Source: Candidatus Heimdallarchaeota archaeon
GTDB taxonomy: Archaea > Asgardarchaeota > Heimdallarchaeia > Heimdallarchaeales > Heimdallarchaeaceae
Direction: 5' to 3'
NCBI GenBank assembly: GCA_018238545.1
Contig: JABCTC010000009.1
Span: 30,709 to 94,708, forward strand
DNA: 64,000 bases
This document shows positions 19,699-29,008 of this stretch, piece after piece; position 1 is the stretch's first letter; each line of letters opens with the position of its first letter. The translations under genes were made by a program, and so were the position numbers. Under the pieces are notes generated by a model. The model searched no databases, had not been told where the DNA came from, and saw only the letters and a list, made by a program, of their open reading frames with translations.

Positions 19699-21078
19699 TT
19701 ATTTTGCTGGTTTTAAAGATGCACCACATTTGATACAGAAGAGGGAATCAGGAGGGTTGTCAGCATCACAGAAGGGGCATTTGATTTCTTTAGAAGAAAC
19801 AACAATGTCCTCCTTTTTCTCCTCTTTTTTGTCTACTTCAGCTACTAACTGCTGGTGTATAGTTTCAGCAGCTGGGGATAGTTTTTCTTTTTTAGAGGGG
19901 TCAACTTTTGTGACATCGAATACTATACCGTTTTCAGTATCAAAACCTATTGGAGCTAATCCTAAACGAATAATTTTCCATGTGTTCATCCTTAGTAAGT
20001 CACTTGAGGTATTCAATATTCTAGCAGCATCACGGAGGTATATAGCCTGATAACTTTCAACTGTTCGAATCAGCTTTTCAGTTGTATTTTTGTTAGCAAA
20101 GAATACAATTGATGCTATACCTAGTAGGGTAACTGGCATAACTACAATAAGGAACCAGGAAGTTGTTACAATACCTAGAACGAAGAAGAATATAGCTATT
20201 AGTCCTAATACTCTTTCAGGTATGCTAGTGTAATCCCAAAATCTGTTGATCTTATTGAGGATGTCACTTTTGTTATCGTATCGTTTAGTCTGACCTGCAA
20301 CAATATAATTACCAATCGCATGTTCAGCAGGAATTTTAGCCCTTGGAGCAGTACGCGGTGTAGGAGTAGCAGATTTTGCTACAGCAGCAGGTGTGGCTCT
20401 GGAGGTAGTTTTTGCAATGGAGGAAGTTGGTTGAACAGCTGTTACATATTGATAATCATATCTGTCTTTCTTACTCTCATAGCTATCGCGTTTCTTTGAA
20501 CTAGAACCGTTTGAATAGTATTTACCTGCACCAGTGATGGGCCAAATTATTAAATACTTGATGAAATAACCAACTGTATTTAAAACCAGTATTACCATAA
20601 AGAATGCGAATATGACTGCTAGGATACTACCAGCAATAATTAATCCTATTGGTGCTGAAGCAAAGTGAGATGTATAGTATAAAGCAGAAGTACCGTCATT
20701 TATAATATATACATAGTGATCCCCTGAGCGAGGTAGTAATCTATACATATCCTCACTAGTAGAACTAATTTCTATACCAGTTGGAATACTATCATTGGTA
20801 TTTTGCCATATTAAATAATCATCATCGGTCATCACGTATACCCTAAAATCAGAAGTATCGCCTGAAATCCAATAAACAAGAAATATCCTGTTGTATCCAT
20901 ATGCATCTAACATCATTGTTTGATTAGAACCTGCATCGACTGTAGTGTCTTGACTGGAATATGATCCGCCAGTTGAGACTGCTATACCAGTTAAAATCCC
21001 TAATGGAATTCCTGATAATAGAATGAAGACTATTGAAACTATCGCCAGACCATTCAGATATTTTACGCCTTTTGACAT
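19699..21078 (-). CDS. Multi-pass membrane protein with extracellular domain and C-terminal zinc ribbon
   Basis: About 4 hydrophobic segments, Ala/Thr/Pro linker, CPFC..CIKC; GGTGA RBS at 21085-21089. Confidence 0.85.
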   Translation of the reverse strand: MSKGVKYLNGLAIVSIVFILLSGIPLGILTGIAVSTGGSYSSQDTTVDAGSNQTMMLDAYGYNRIFLVYWISGDTSDFRVYVMTDDDYLIWQNTNDSIPTGIEISSTSEDMYRLLPRSGDHYVYIINDGTSALYYTSHFASAPIGLIIAGSILAVIFAFFMVILVLNTVGYFIKYLIIWPITGAGKYYSNGSSSKKRDSYESKKDRYDYQYVTAVQPTSSIAKTTSRATPAAVAKSATPTPRTAPRAKIPAEHAIGNYIVAGQTKRYDNKSDILNKINRFWDYTSIPERVLGLIAIFFFVLGIVTTSWFLIVVMPVTLLGIASIVFFANKNTTEKLIRTVESYQAIYLRDAARILNTSSDLLRMNTWKIIRLGLAPIGFDTENGIVFDVTKVDPSKKEKLSPAAETIHQQLVAEVDKKEEKKEDIVVSSKEIKCPFCDADNPPDSLFCIKCGASLKPAK

Positions 21079-21108
21079 TTTTTTTCACCGTTTGTTTAAC
21101 TTTTTTAA

Positions 21109-21152
21109 TACCACCACAGTGGTAACTTGACTATTTACTACTGGAGTGGTAA
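21109..21152. promoter_or_regulatory. Twin palindromic operators TACYAC-N4-GTGGTA next to a TTTATAAA box
   Basis: TACCAC-CACA-GTGGTA (21109-21124) and TACTAC-TGGA-GTGGTA (21136-21151); TATA at 21155-21162. Confidence 0.75.
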
Positions 21153-21188
21153 CCTTTATAAATGTTGTCTTTCCAAGTATTATTAACG

Positions 21189-22175
21189 ATGAGTAAGACT
21201 CCACATATACTTGATAAGTTAAAATTAATAGGATTTACAGAATATACATCAAGAGCATATTTAGCATTAGTAAAACTTGGTGAAGCAACTGCGCCAGATA
21301 TTGCTAGGGAATCTAATATACCTCAATCTAAAATTTATGGAGTTCTAGATGACTTATACGATAAAGGTTTTGTAGGTAAAGCAGGAAGCAAAGATAAGAA
21401 AAAAGATCAAAGCAAGAAAAAGACTACTTCCCCCACAATTTACTTTGCCCATCAACCTCTGGAAAAGCTTTCTTCTTGGTTAGATCAATTCAAAGACTTA
21501 GCTAAATCTTTAGAAAAGATGTATGACTCAGCTGGTCCTAGCTCAGAGTATGGCTATTCTTCAATTGGGAATTATTCTATCAAAAGTGATTCAGATAAGT
21601 TTGAAGCTGGTGACTTCATCTATATTTTTGAACAACCTGGTGACGAAGATACGAATCTGTATACTAGATTTTTCAAAGGACGAATAAATAATCATATCAT
21701 TGTAGGTGGGGAAGATAATATTGTGCTAGGTATAACCAATAGAAATACTATTCTTCTAATTGAAAAAGAATCCAGGGTGCAATATTTGGCAATTGAAGAA
21801 CCGATATTCTCACGAATAATTGATGTTCTTTTCGCAATTACACCAATTAATAGATCTATTACAACTGATATGTCAGAATTATCCAGAGAAGAGAAGATAT
21901 TATACATAGATAATGTTCCTTCTGCTTCTGGAGTTGCATATGGTAACGATGGTATTTTGTGGATAACAGAGGAAAGAATCTTTGTTCAAATGCCTGGTAA
22001 GCAGATTTATGCTAGACCAATTTTCACGATAGATTCCTATTATGTAAATGCAAATAACCTCTTAACAATTATTATTAAAAGCAAAGATGGAATTGCAGAA
22101 GAAAACGAGTTTAGCACTTCATCAGATCCAGCTATTATTGTTAATATATTAGACTTCATTAAACGATGTAAATAA
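21189..22175 (+). CDS. TrmB-family transcriptional regulator with C-terminal PH-like domain
   Basis: LKLIGFTEYTSRAYLAL..ATAPDIARESNIPQSKIYGVLDDL..KGFV HTH; C-terminal GILWITEERIFV beta-rich module; ATG 21189 fits TATA spacing. Confidence 0.88.
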   Translation: MSKTPHILDKLKLIGFTEYTSRAYLALVKLGEATAPDIARESNIPQSKIYGVLDDLYDKGFVGKAGSKDKKKDQSKKKTTSPTIYFAHQPLEKLSSWLDQFKDLAKSLEKMYDSAGPSSEYGYSSIGNYSIKSDSDKFEAGDFIYIFEQPGDEDTNLYTRFFKGRINNHIIVGGEDNIVLGITNRNTILLIEKESRVQYLAIEEPIFSRIIDVLFAITPINRSITTDMSELSREEKILYIDNVPSASGVAYGNDGILWITEERIFVQMPGKQIYARPIFTIDSYYVNANNLLTIIIKSKDGIAEENEFSTSSDPAIIVNILDFIKRCK

Positions 22176-22201
22176 AGAAAAAATAAAGAAAAAAGTGAAA
22201 A

Positions 22202-23092
22202 TTATTTTTCTCCCCAAATTTTTACTTTTGGTTCCGGTCTAGGTACATATCTCTTGAATTTATTCTTTGGATAACCTATAGCTAAACAAGCGTATAAACC
22301 ATGTTCGCTGGGAAGATTTAGCATTTCTTTAATCTTATTGGAACGTTTCCAACTATGAACTAGATAGCCTATGAACGTGCCCCCTAAGCCTAAACTTGGT
22401 GCTCCAAGCAATATATTCTGAGCAGCAATATTACAATCTTCTACAGGTGCAGCAGTTCTATTTGTAACATGAATTAGAATCAAAGTTGACGCATTATGAA
22501 AAACTTTGTCAATCCCTTTATCCCAATGATTAACATGACTATTAATTCTATACATATTCTTTTTAGCTTGATTGAAGGATTTTCTTTTACCAGTAAGTGC
22601 TGCTAAAATATTCCATAAAGGACTACTAACTTTCTTTTGTAATTCCTTAAAGAACAAAATCATTTCATTTAATATGTCTTCAATTTGTTCTCGTTCTTTA
22701 ACAATAGTATAAGCTACTTTTCGAGCATTATGCCCTGTAGGCGCAAACCTACCAAGTTCTATTAACTTACCAATCTGTTCGTCAGAAACCTTTTTTTTGG
22801 TAAAATATCTGATTGAACGCCTCTGTCTGATAAAGACTAATGCATCATCATAATTAATTCCTTCTTCCACTTTCGGAAAATCTTTCTCTAGTGATTCTAT
22901 AATGAGTCTTTTATGATTTATAGCATCAACGGGACATACGGCTACACAATGTCCACAGTCATGACAAGGTTCAAAATTCGTTATTACAGCTTTCTTATCT
23001 TTGAGTGAGAAAAGGTAACGTGGACAAACTTCAACACAACTATTGCACCCAATACAATTATCTAATACTTCTATGAAAGCTTCAGTTGACAT
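22202..23092 (-). CDS. Nitroreductase family protein with N-terminal 2x[4Fe-4S] ferredoxin
   Basis: CIGCNSCVEVCP, CHDCGHCVAVCP, RRSIR, APTGHN, LAIGYP. Confidence 0.93.
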   Translation of the reverse strand: MSTEAFIEVLDNCIGCNSCVEVCPRYLFSLKDKKAVITNFEPCHDCGHCVAVCPVDAINHKRLIIESLEKDFPKVEEGINYDDALVFIRQRRSIRYFTKKKVSDEQIGKLIELGRFAPTGHNARKVAYTIVKEREQIEDILNEMILFFKELQKKVSSPLWNILAALTGKRKSFNQAKKNMYRINSHVNHWDKGIDKVFHNASTLILIHVTNRTAAPVEDCNIAAQNILLGAPSLGLGGTFIGYLVHSWKRSNKIKEMLNLPSEHGLYACLAIGYPKNKFKRYVPRPEPKVKIWGEK

Positions 23093-23140
23093 TAGAGAAA
23101 TAATTTACTAGTACTAAAAAAAGATTGTCTGTTATTTAGT

Positions 23141-24151
23141 TTAGTTTGGTATGGTTTCTAATTTTGATAATGGTACTGGAACTGGATCAGGATAAATCAT
23201 GTCTTGAAATATCTTCTCTTGATTCATAAGAGGGGTATACCCCAAACCTTTCAATTTATCCATGTTCATTGTGCATTCTTTCCCTATAAGTTGTGCATAC
23301 TCTCTATTGAATACTGGGTCCTTTCGCGGAGTAACTATGTGTGTGAGCATCTCAAGCAACCATGCTCCGAAGTATACTATTGGATAAGGCACGTAATATT
23401 TGAATCTGTTTTTCCCTTTCAAATGCATCTCAATATCTATTATCAATTCCTTCAAAGAAATATCACAAGATATCGCATTAAATGACTCAATTTTTGACAT
23501 GTTTGTATTGAGTATTGATTCAAGTGCTCGTCCAATATCGTATGGGTGAATAATCGAAAAATTGTGATTAGGGTTTCCCATAATCGGAAAAATATTGGCA
23601 TTTACAAGTTTTCCAACTATCGGATAGAAATGTCTATCATCTTTACCAAGAACAACAGGTAAACGAACAATTCCTCCTTTTATCCCTACATCTTCTGATA
23701 ATGTCTTAACTATGTTTTCAGCTTCAACTTTTGATTGAGCATAGTTCCCTAGTGGTTTAATTCTATGTTCTTCACTAATTGGGGTTTCTTCGATTTTTCC
23801 GTATACTGCTATTGAACTAGTGAAAAGAAATGATTTTACACCTGATTCTATTGCAGCTTCTAGAACGTTTTGAGTCCCTTCGACATTGATTTTGTGAAAT
23901 AACTCTTTTTTTGTGTGAGGATGAACGGCTCCAGCTAAGTGCCAGACTGATTCAAATTGACTTTCTTTGAACAATTTTGTAAGAGCATCTTTGTTTGTTA
24001 TGTCTCCTACGATATACTCAACATCAGTAAAAGGATCCTCCGGTATTTTCCTTACCAATCCGGATAAATCTGTATAACCATGACTAAGAAGATAGTGTAA
24101 AATGCCTTTAGCAGAACATCCCGTTGCTCCTGTAACTAATATCTTAGTCAT
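23141..24151 (-). CDS. NAD-dependent epimerase/dehydratase (extended SDR)
   Basis: VTGATG, HLAG, NVEGT, TSSIAVYG, YAQSK. Confidence 0.9.
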   Translation of the reverse strand: MTKILVTGATGCSAKGILHYLLSHGYTDLSGLVRKIPEDPFTDVEYIVGDITNKDALTKLFKESQFESVWHLAGAVHPHTKKELFHKINVEGTQNVLEAAIESGVKSFLFTSSIAVYGKIEETPISEEHRIKPLGNYAQSKVEAENIVKTLSEDVGIKGGIVRLPVVLGKDDRHFYPIVGKLVNANIFPIMGNPNHNFSIIHPYDIGRALESILNTNMSKIESFNAISCDISLKELIIDIEMHLKGKNRFKYYVPYPIVYFGAWLLEMLTHIVTPRKDPVFNREYAQLIGKECTMNMDKLKGLGYTPLMNQEKIFQDMIYPDPVPVPLSKLETIPN

Positions 24152-24383
24152 ACGGAATATATCAAAACTAACTCATTCAAAAATATTATCCTTTATTATT
24201 AAGAATCATGATAAAAACTCGTTTTCTGAAATATTTTTAATAATGAATAGGTTAAAATTATAAGTTGATTGATATTCAAATAAGCACTTTGTCGTTTATA
24301 TAGATATGGTCAGACAGTTAGATTTTAAACAGTCGTCCAAACATTCTCCAAGAAATTAGAGTATATTCAAGGTGTAAGATTTA

Positions 24384-26096
24384 ATGGTAAAAAAAGTATT
24401 AATTATTGGTGGTGTAGCAGGTGGTGCGTCTACAGCTACTAGACTGAGAAGATTAGATGAATTTGCGGAGATAATCATCTTAGAACGAGGACCTTATGTC
24501 AGTTTTGCTAATTGTGGTCTTCCTTATTACATTGGAAGAATTATTGAGACACAAGATGCCTTAGTTCTTCAAACCCCTGTAGATTTTCTTAACAAATTTA
24601 ATGTTGATGTCAGGGTTAGTTGTGAGGCGATATCTATAGATCGCAAAAACAAAGAAGTTCTAGTAAGGAATCTTATAGAGGGAGAAGAATACAAACTTCC
24701 CTATGACAAACTAGTTCTTTCTCCAGGGGCAGAACCAATCCGTCCAGGATTTGAAGGGATAGATTCAATACCTGTTTTTACTTTAAGGAATATTCCTGAT
24801 ACAAAGAAAATCGAGGAATTTATCAGCACCAATAATCCAACATCAGCCGTAGTAATAGGCGGAGGGTATATTGGTTTAGAAATGGCTGAAAATCTATCTC
24901 ATAGAGGAATAAGGGTAACAATTGTAGAGCTATTAGATCAGGTTCTACCCACTTTTGATAAAGAAATGGCTCAGTTTATAAACAATGAAATTATACTCAA
25001 CAGGATTAAGCTTGTATTAGCTGATGGCGTTAAATCTTTCTGCAAGAATCCTAAAGGAGAGAAAGGTGTTTATCATGTTTGTACACAAAGTGGTAAAAAT
25101 CTTGAAGCAGATATAATTATAATGTCTATAGGTGTCAGACCAGAGTCTATTCTAGCAAAAGAAGCAGGTTTAGAGTTAACAGATAGAGGTTTCATAGTTG
25201 TAGATAAACACATGCAAACTTCTGATAAAGACATTTATGCAGTTGGAGACGTAATTCAAATAACCAATTTTATTACAAATGAATTAACTACTGCGCCTCT
25301 TGCGGGTCCCGCTAATAGGCAAGGAAGAATAGCTGCTGACAATCTAGCTGGTAGAGATTCAGAATACAAAGGAGTTTTAGGTACAGCAGTTTTACAAATA
25401 TTTAGCCAAACAGCTGCTCAAACAGGTCTTACCGAAAAACAACTATCTAAAACAGACATCAAATTTGAAAAGATGTATGTTCATCCAAAAAACCATGCAG
25501 GATACTACCCAGAAGCTTTTCCAATTCATTTGAAATTACTTTATGAATTGGAGAGTGGAAAAATCCTTGGAGCTCAAGCGATAGGTGGAGAAGGCACAGA
25601 GAAGAGAATAGATGTCATTGCAACAGTTATCTACTACGGTGGAACGATTTATGATCTTCAAGATTTAGAACTTAGTTATGCACCTCCATTTGGAAGTGCT
25701 AGAGATGCAGTAAATATGGTAGGATTCGCTGCTTCAAATGTTCACATGGGTGACGTAAAATTATGGCATTGGCATGATGCAGAGAAGATATCTAAAGAAG
25801 ATTGTACTATAATAGATGTTCGTCTACCTGAAGATTATGAAGCTGGTACTCTACCTGGTGCGATCAATATTCCACTAGGACAAATACGTTCAAGGTTAAA
25901 TGAGATACCAAAAGACAAACCAGTCTATGTCAATTGTATGGTCGGTTTCTCCTCATATATTGCATACAGAATTCTTCAAGCTAATGGATATGATGTTAGA
26001 AATCTAGCTGGCGGATATCAAACATATCAAATGGCGAATTTACCACCTGGTGGCCATGTAGGTGAACTAAAACCATACGACCCACAGAGACACTAA
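24384..26096 (+). CDS. cdr: CoA-disulfide/persulfide reductase with C-terminal rhodanese domain
   Basis: GGVAGG, SFANCGLPY redox Cys, GGGYIG, YAPPF, rhodanese IDVR...VNCMVG. Confidence 0.92.
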   Translation: MVKKVLIIGGVAGGASTATRLRRLDEFAEIIILERGPYVSFANCGLPYYIGRIIETQDALVLQTPVDFLNKFNVDVRVSCEAISIDRKNKEVLVRNLIEGEEYKLPYDKLVLSPGAEPIRPGFEGIDSIPVFTLRNIPDTKKIEEFISTNNPTSAVVIGGGYIGLEMAENLSHRGIRVTIVELLDQVLPTFDKEMAQFINNEIILNRIKLVLADGVKSFCKNPKGEKGVYHVCTQSGKNLEADIIIMSIGVRPESILAKEAGLELTDRGFIVVDKHMQTSDKDIYAVGDVIQITNFITNELTTAPLAGPANRQGRIAADNLAGRDSEYKGVLGTAVLQIFSQTAAQTGLTEKQLSKTDIKFEKMYVHPKNHAGYYPEAFPIHLKLLYELESGKILGAQAIGGEGTEKRIDVIATVIYYGGTIYDLQDLELSYAPPFGSARDAVNMVGFAASNVHMGDVKLWHWHDAEKISKEDCTIIDVRLPEDYEAGTLPGAINIPLGQIRSRLNEIPKDKPVYVNCMVGFSSYIAYRILQANGYDVRNLAGGYQTYQMANLPPGGHVGELKPYDPQRH

Positions 26097-26160
26097 TTTT
26101 TTCCCTTTTCTTCCTTTTCCTCTTTCTATTGATAACCACTAAGAATAATCATACTATGCT

Positions 26161-26239
26161 AATTATTTTAGTTATTCATTATATTTAATAGGAGTAGCAT
26201 AATTGTTATAGTTATTCATTATTTTAAATAATATAGCGT
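26161..26239. repeat. Imperfect 40-bp tandem repeat (2 copies) upstream of the hydrogenase operon
   Basis: Identical core TAGTTATTCATTAT at 26169-26182 and 26209-26222, with similar flanks. Confidence 0.75.
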
Positions 26240-26269
26240 TATATTAATAGTTTTTATTTCCATGTTATC

Positions 26270-26302
26270 TGCAAATACTTTATATATTCTTCAATATTTG
26301 CA
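26270..26302 (+). promoter_or_regulatory. Hydrogenase promoter: TTTATATA box flanked by inverted repeat TGCAAATA-N17-TATTTGCA
   Basis: TATA at 26279-26286, 25-32 nt before ATG 26311 (leaderless spacing). Confidence 0.55.
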
Positions 26303-26310
26303 AAATTATA

Positions 26311-27354
26311 ATGAAGACTTACAAAATGGTAAAAAGTGCGTTTCCCGACTTCATTGAGTTAATCAAAACAAAAGGGAAACTGTTTGGACCAGTTAAACAA
26401 AAGAGTAAATACTCTTTTGAAGAAATCAGTGATGTAAAAGATCTTGATTTTGACTACCAACGTACAGTTTTGGGAGTGAAGAAATTCTTAACACCTCCAA
26501 AGTACAAAACCTTGACTTTCAATAAAGAAGGTACAAAGGACATTATTGACGAACCTGAAACAAATATTGTAATTGGAGTACATCCTTGTGACATTCATGC
26601 AGTTAAAATCTTGGATAGACTTTTCCTGGGTAATATAAAAGATCCTTATTATGCAAGTAGAAGAGAGAATTTGACAATTATCGGTCATTCTTGTCTTCCA
26701 GATGATAAATGTTTGTGCCAATCAACGGGAACAGATATGGTTGAGGATGGATTTGATCTCTTCTTAACAGAGTTAGACGATTACTATCTAGTTTGGGTAG
26801 GTTCTGACAAAGGTCTTGCTCTAACAATAGCAGCAAGTGATCTACTATCTGAAGATATTTCAGATGAAACTATAAGAGAATATGTCAGATGGCAACAAAA
26901 GCGTTCATCAATGTTCAAAACCGTTATGCCTTCATTCAAGTATATGGCGGATATTATAACTTTGAACTATGACAGTGAAATATGGGAACAATTTGGTGAA
27001 AAATGTTTGTCATGTGGGACTTGTAGTTTAGTTTGTCCGACCTGCAATTGTTTCAATGTTGACGATAAAATTCTAATGAATGCAGAAGAAGGGTTCCGTG
27101 AAAGAATGTTAGATAGCTGCACTTTACCATATTATTCGATGGTAGCTGGAGATCATGACTTCAGACCAGATAGAACAACAAGGTTGAAACTATATTATAC
27201 TCATAAACTCAAGGAATACATTGGACGATGGGGGCAGCCAGGTTGTGTCGGGTGCGGACGATGTGTAACATATTGTCCCGTTGATATCAATGTACTCACT
27301 GTCTCTGAAGCACTTTTTGGAGAAGTATGTGAAACAAAAGAGGTGTGTGAATAA
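26311..27354 (+). CDS. hydB: Group 3b [NiFe] hydrogenase (sulfhydrogenase) beta subunit, Fe-S
   Basis: HPCD, DPYY..RR, CLSCGTCSLVCPTCNCF, CVGCGRCVTYCP. Confidence 0.93.
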   Translation: MKTYKMVKSAFPDFIELIKTKGKLFGPVKQKSKYSFEEISDVKDLDFDYQRTVLGVKKFLTPPKYKTLTFNKEGTKDIIDEPETNIVIGVHPCDIHAVKILDRLFLGNIKDPYYASRRENLTIIGHSCLPDDKCLCQSTGTDMVEDGFDLFLTELDDYYLVWVGSDKGLALTIAASDLLSEDISDETIREYVRWQQKRSSMFKTVMPSFKYMADIITLNYDSEIWEQFGEKCLSCGTCSLVCPTCNCFNVDDKILMNAEEGFRERMLDSCTLPYYSMVAGDHDFRPDRTTRLKLYYTHKLKEYIGRWGQPGCVGCGRCVTYCPVDINVLTVSEALFGEVCETKEVCE

Positions 27355-28214
27355 TGATTGATGGAAAGGAATCAAAAATCGAAAATACATATAAATCACA
27401 TCCTGTAGAAATAATAGGAATTAAGAATTTAACAAGTGATACTAGATACTTCAAAGTTAGATGTATGACTGACGAGGTGAAAGACCAGTTCATTTACAAA
27501 CCAGGTCAATTTGTTTTATTCTCAATTCCTGGACTTGGAGAAGCACCATTTTCTATATCCTCTCCTCCTACAAGAAGAGATTTTATTGAGTTTGGAATTA
27601 GAAAAGTAGGAACATTTACTGAAGCGTTATTCAAGCTCAAAGAAGGAGACACATTTGAGATGAGAGGACCTTACGGTAACGGTTTTGATATGAAGAGTTT
27701 ACAAGGAAGAGACCTAATCATAATTGCAGGTGGGCTTGGAGCAGTTCCACTTAGATCTGCTTTGTTGTATGCTGAAGATAGAAGAGAAGAGTTCAATCAA
27801 GTATTCTTCTTAAATGGAGCACGTTCTCCAGACGATATGCTCTTTAGAGATGATTTCACGGCTATGGCAGCTAGAGGCATTCTTGACACAAGCCTTTCAG
27901 TTGACGAAGATCCTACAGGAGAATGGCCTTATGAAGTCGGTTTTGTAACAGCCTTAATTCCTAAACTAGTAGAAAAGATCAATTCTGAAAAAACTACTGC
28001 GTTAATTTGTGGTCCTCCTGTGATGTATAAGTTTGTTATTCAAGAATTGTTAAAATTAAACGTTCCAAAAGACCAAATCCTAATGACTTTAGAACGTAGA
28101 ATGAAATGTGGTCAAGGACACTGTGGTCATTGTGCAATTGGGGCCAGATATACCTGTCTAGATGGTCCTATCTTCACGTATTACGATGTACAACATATAA
28201 AGGAGTTAATCTAA
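27354..28214 (+). CDS. hydG: Group 3b hydrogenase gamma subunit, FAD/NAD(P) binding, [2Fe-2S]
   Basis: PGQF, RGPYGNGF, AGGLG, CGPPVM, RMKCGQGHCGHC..CLDGP. Confidence 0.93.
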   Translation: MIDGKESKIENTYKSHPVEIIGIKNLTSDTRYFKVRCMTDEVKDQFIYKPGQFVLFSIPGLGEAPFSISSPPTRRDFIEFGIRKVGTFTEALFKLKEGDTFEMRGPYGNGFDMKSLQGRDLIIIAGGLGAVPLRSALLYAEDRREEFNQVFFLNGARSPDDMLFRDDFTAMAARGILDTSLSVDEDPTGEWPYEVGFVTALIPKLVEKINSEKTTALICGPPVMYKFVIQELLKLNVPKDQILMTLERRMKCGQGHCGHCAIGARYTCLDGPIFTYYDVQHIKELI

Positions 28215-28215
28215 A

Positions 28216-29007
28216 ATGTGGAAAAGAGATAAAAAACCTGTTGTTGGTGTTTTTGGTTTTTCAGGATGTGCTGGTGATCAATTAGCTATACTTCACATGG
28301 AAGATAGTACGATTGATTTCTTCACAAGCGCTGATATCAAATTCTTCCATATGGCTCAATCTCATCAAGAAGTTCCAAAAGTTGATATTGCTCTTGTTGA
28401 AGGAAGTATTAATACTGAAAGACAATTAAAAGAACTTAAAGAAATTCGTGAGATGGCTGATGTTGTTGTAGCTCTCGGAACATGTGCTTGCTATGGTGGA
28501 ATTCAATATCTTGGTGAAGATGTAAAGACATTCAAAGAGCGAATGAAATATGTTTATGGAGAAAGTGGTGAAGTTCCAGAATTTTTAGATCTTGTAGGAA
28601 AACCCAGACCTGCTCAACCAATCAGTGAGTACATAGATGTAGATATTATGATTCCTGGCTGCCCAATTTCCGCTGAAAACTTTGTTCCAATTTATACAAA
28701 ATTGATAAGTGGATTATTACCTCAAAAGTATCCTATGCCAGTTTGTGTTGAATGTAAATATGAAGGAAACGATTGTTTCTTACTCCATGGAAAATACTGC
28801 TTAGGACCAGTAACCTCTGCAGGGTGTAATGCTATATGTCCCAGCATGGACATTTCCTGTGTTGGATGTTTTGGTACATACGAAGGTGCAAACTATCCTT
28901 CCATGATAAATAAATTAAAGGAAATTGGTTTGACTGAAGAAGAAGCAATTAGAAAATTGAAGCTGTTTGGTGGTAATAAAATTGAACAAGCGTTAAAAGG
29001 TGATTAA
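28216..29007 (+). CDS. hydD: Group 3b hydrogenase delta (small) subunit
   Basis: GCAGD, GTCACYGG, PGCP, VCVEC, CLGPVT..GC..CP..CVGC. Confidence 0.93.
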   Translation: MWKRDKKPVVGVFGFSGCAGDQLAILHMEDSTIDFFTSADIKFFHMAQSHQEVPKVDIALVEGSINTERQLKELKEIREMADVVVALGTCACYGGIQYLGEDVKTFKERMKYVYGESGEVPEFLDLVGKPRPAQPISEYIDVDIMIPGCPISAENFVPIYTKLISGLLPQKYPMPVCVECKYEGNDCFLLHGKYCLGPVTSAGCNAICPSMDISCVGCFGTYEGANYPSMINKLKEIGLTEEEAIRKLKLFGGNKIEQALKGD

Positions 29008-29008
29008 A

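Noticed and set aside
19620-19700. Long A/T tracts between convergent genes
   Set aside because: Ordinary archaeal U-rich terminators; similar tracts follow many genes
26161-26239. CRISPR array
   Set aside because: Only two imperfect adjacent copies, no unique spacers and no cas genes
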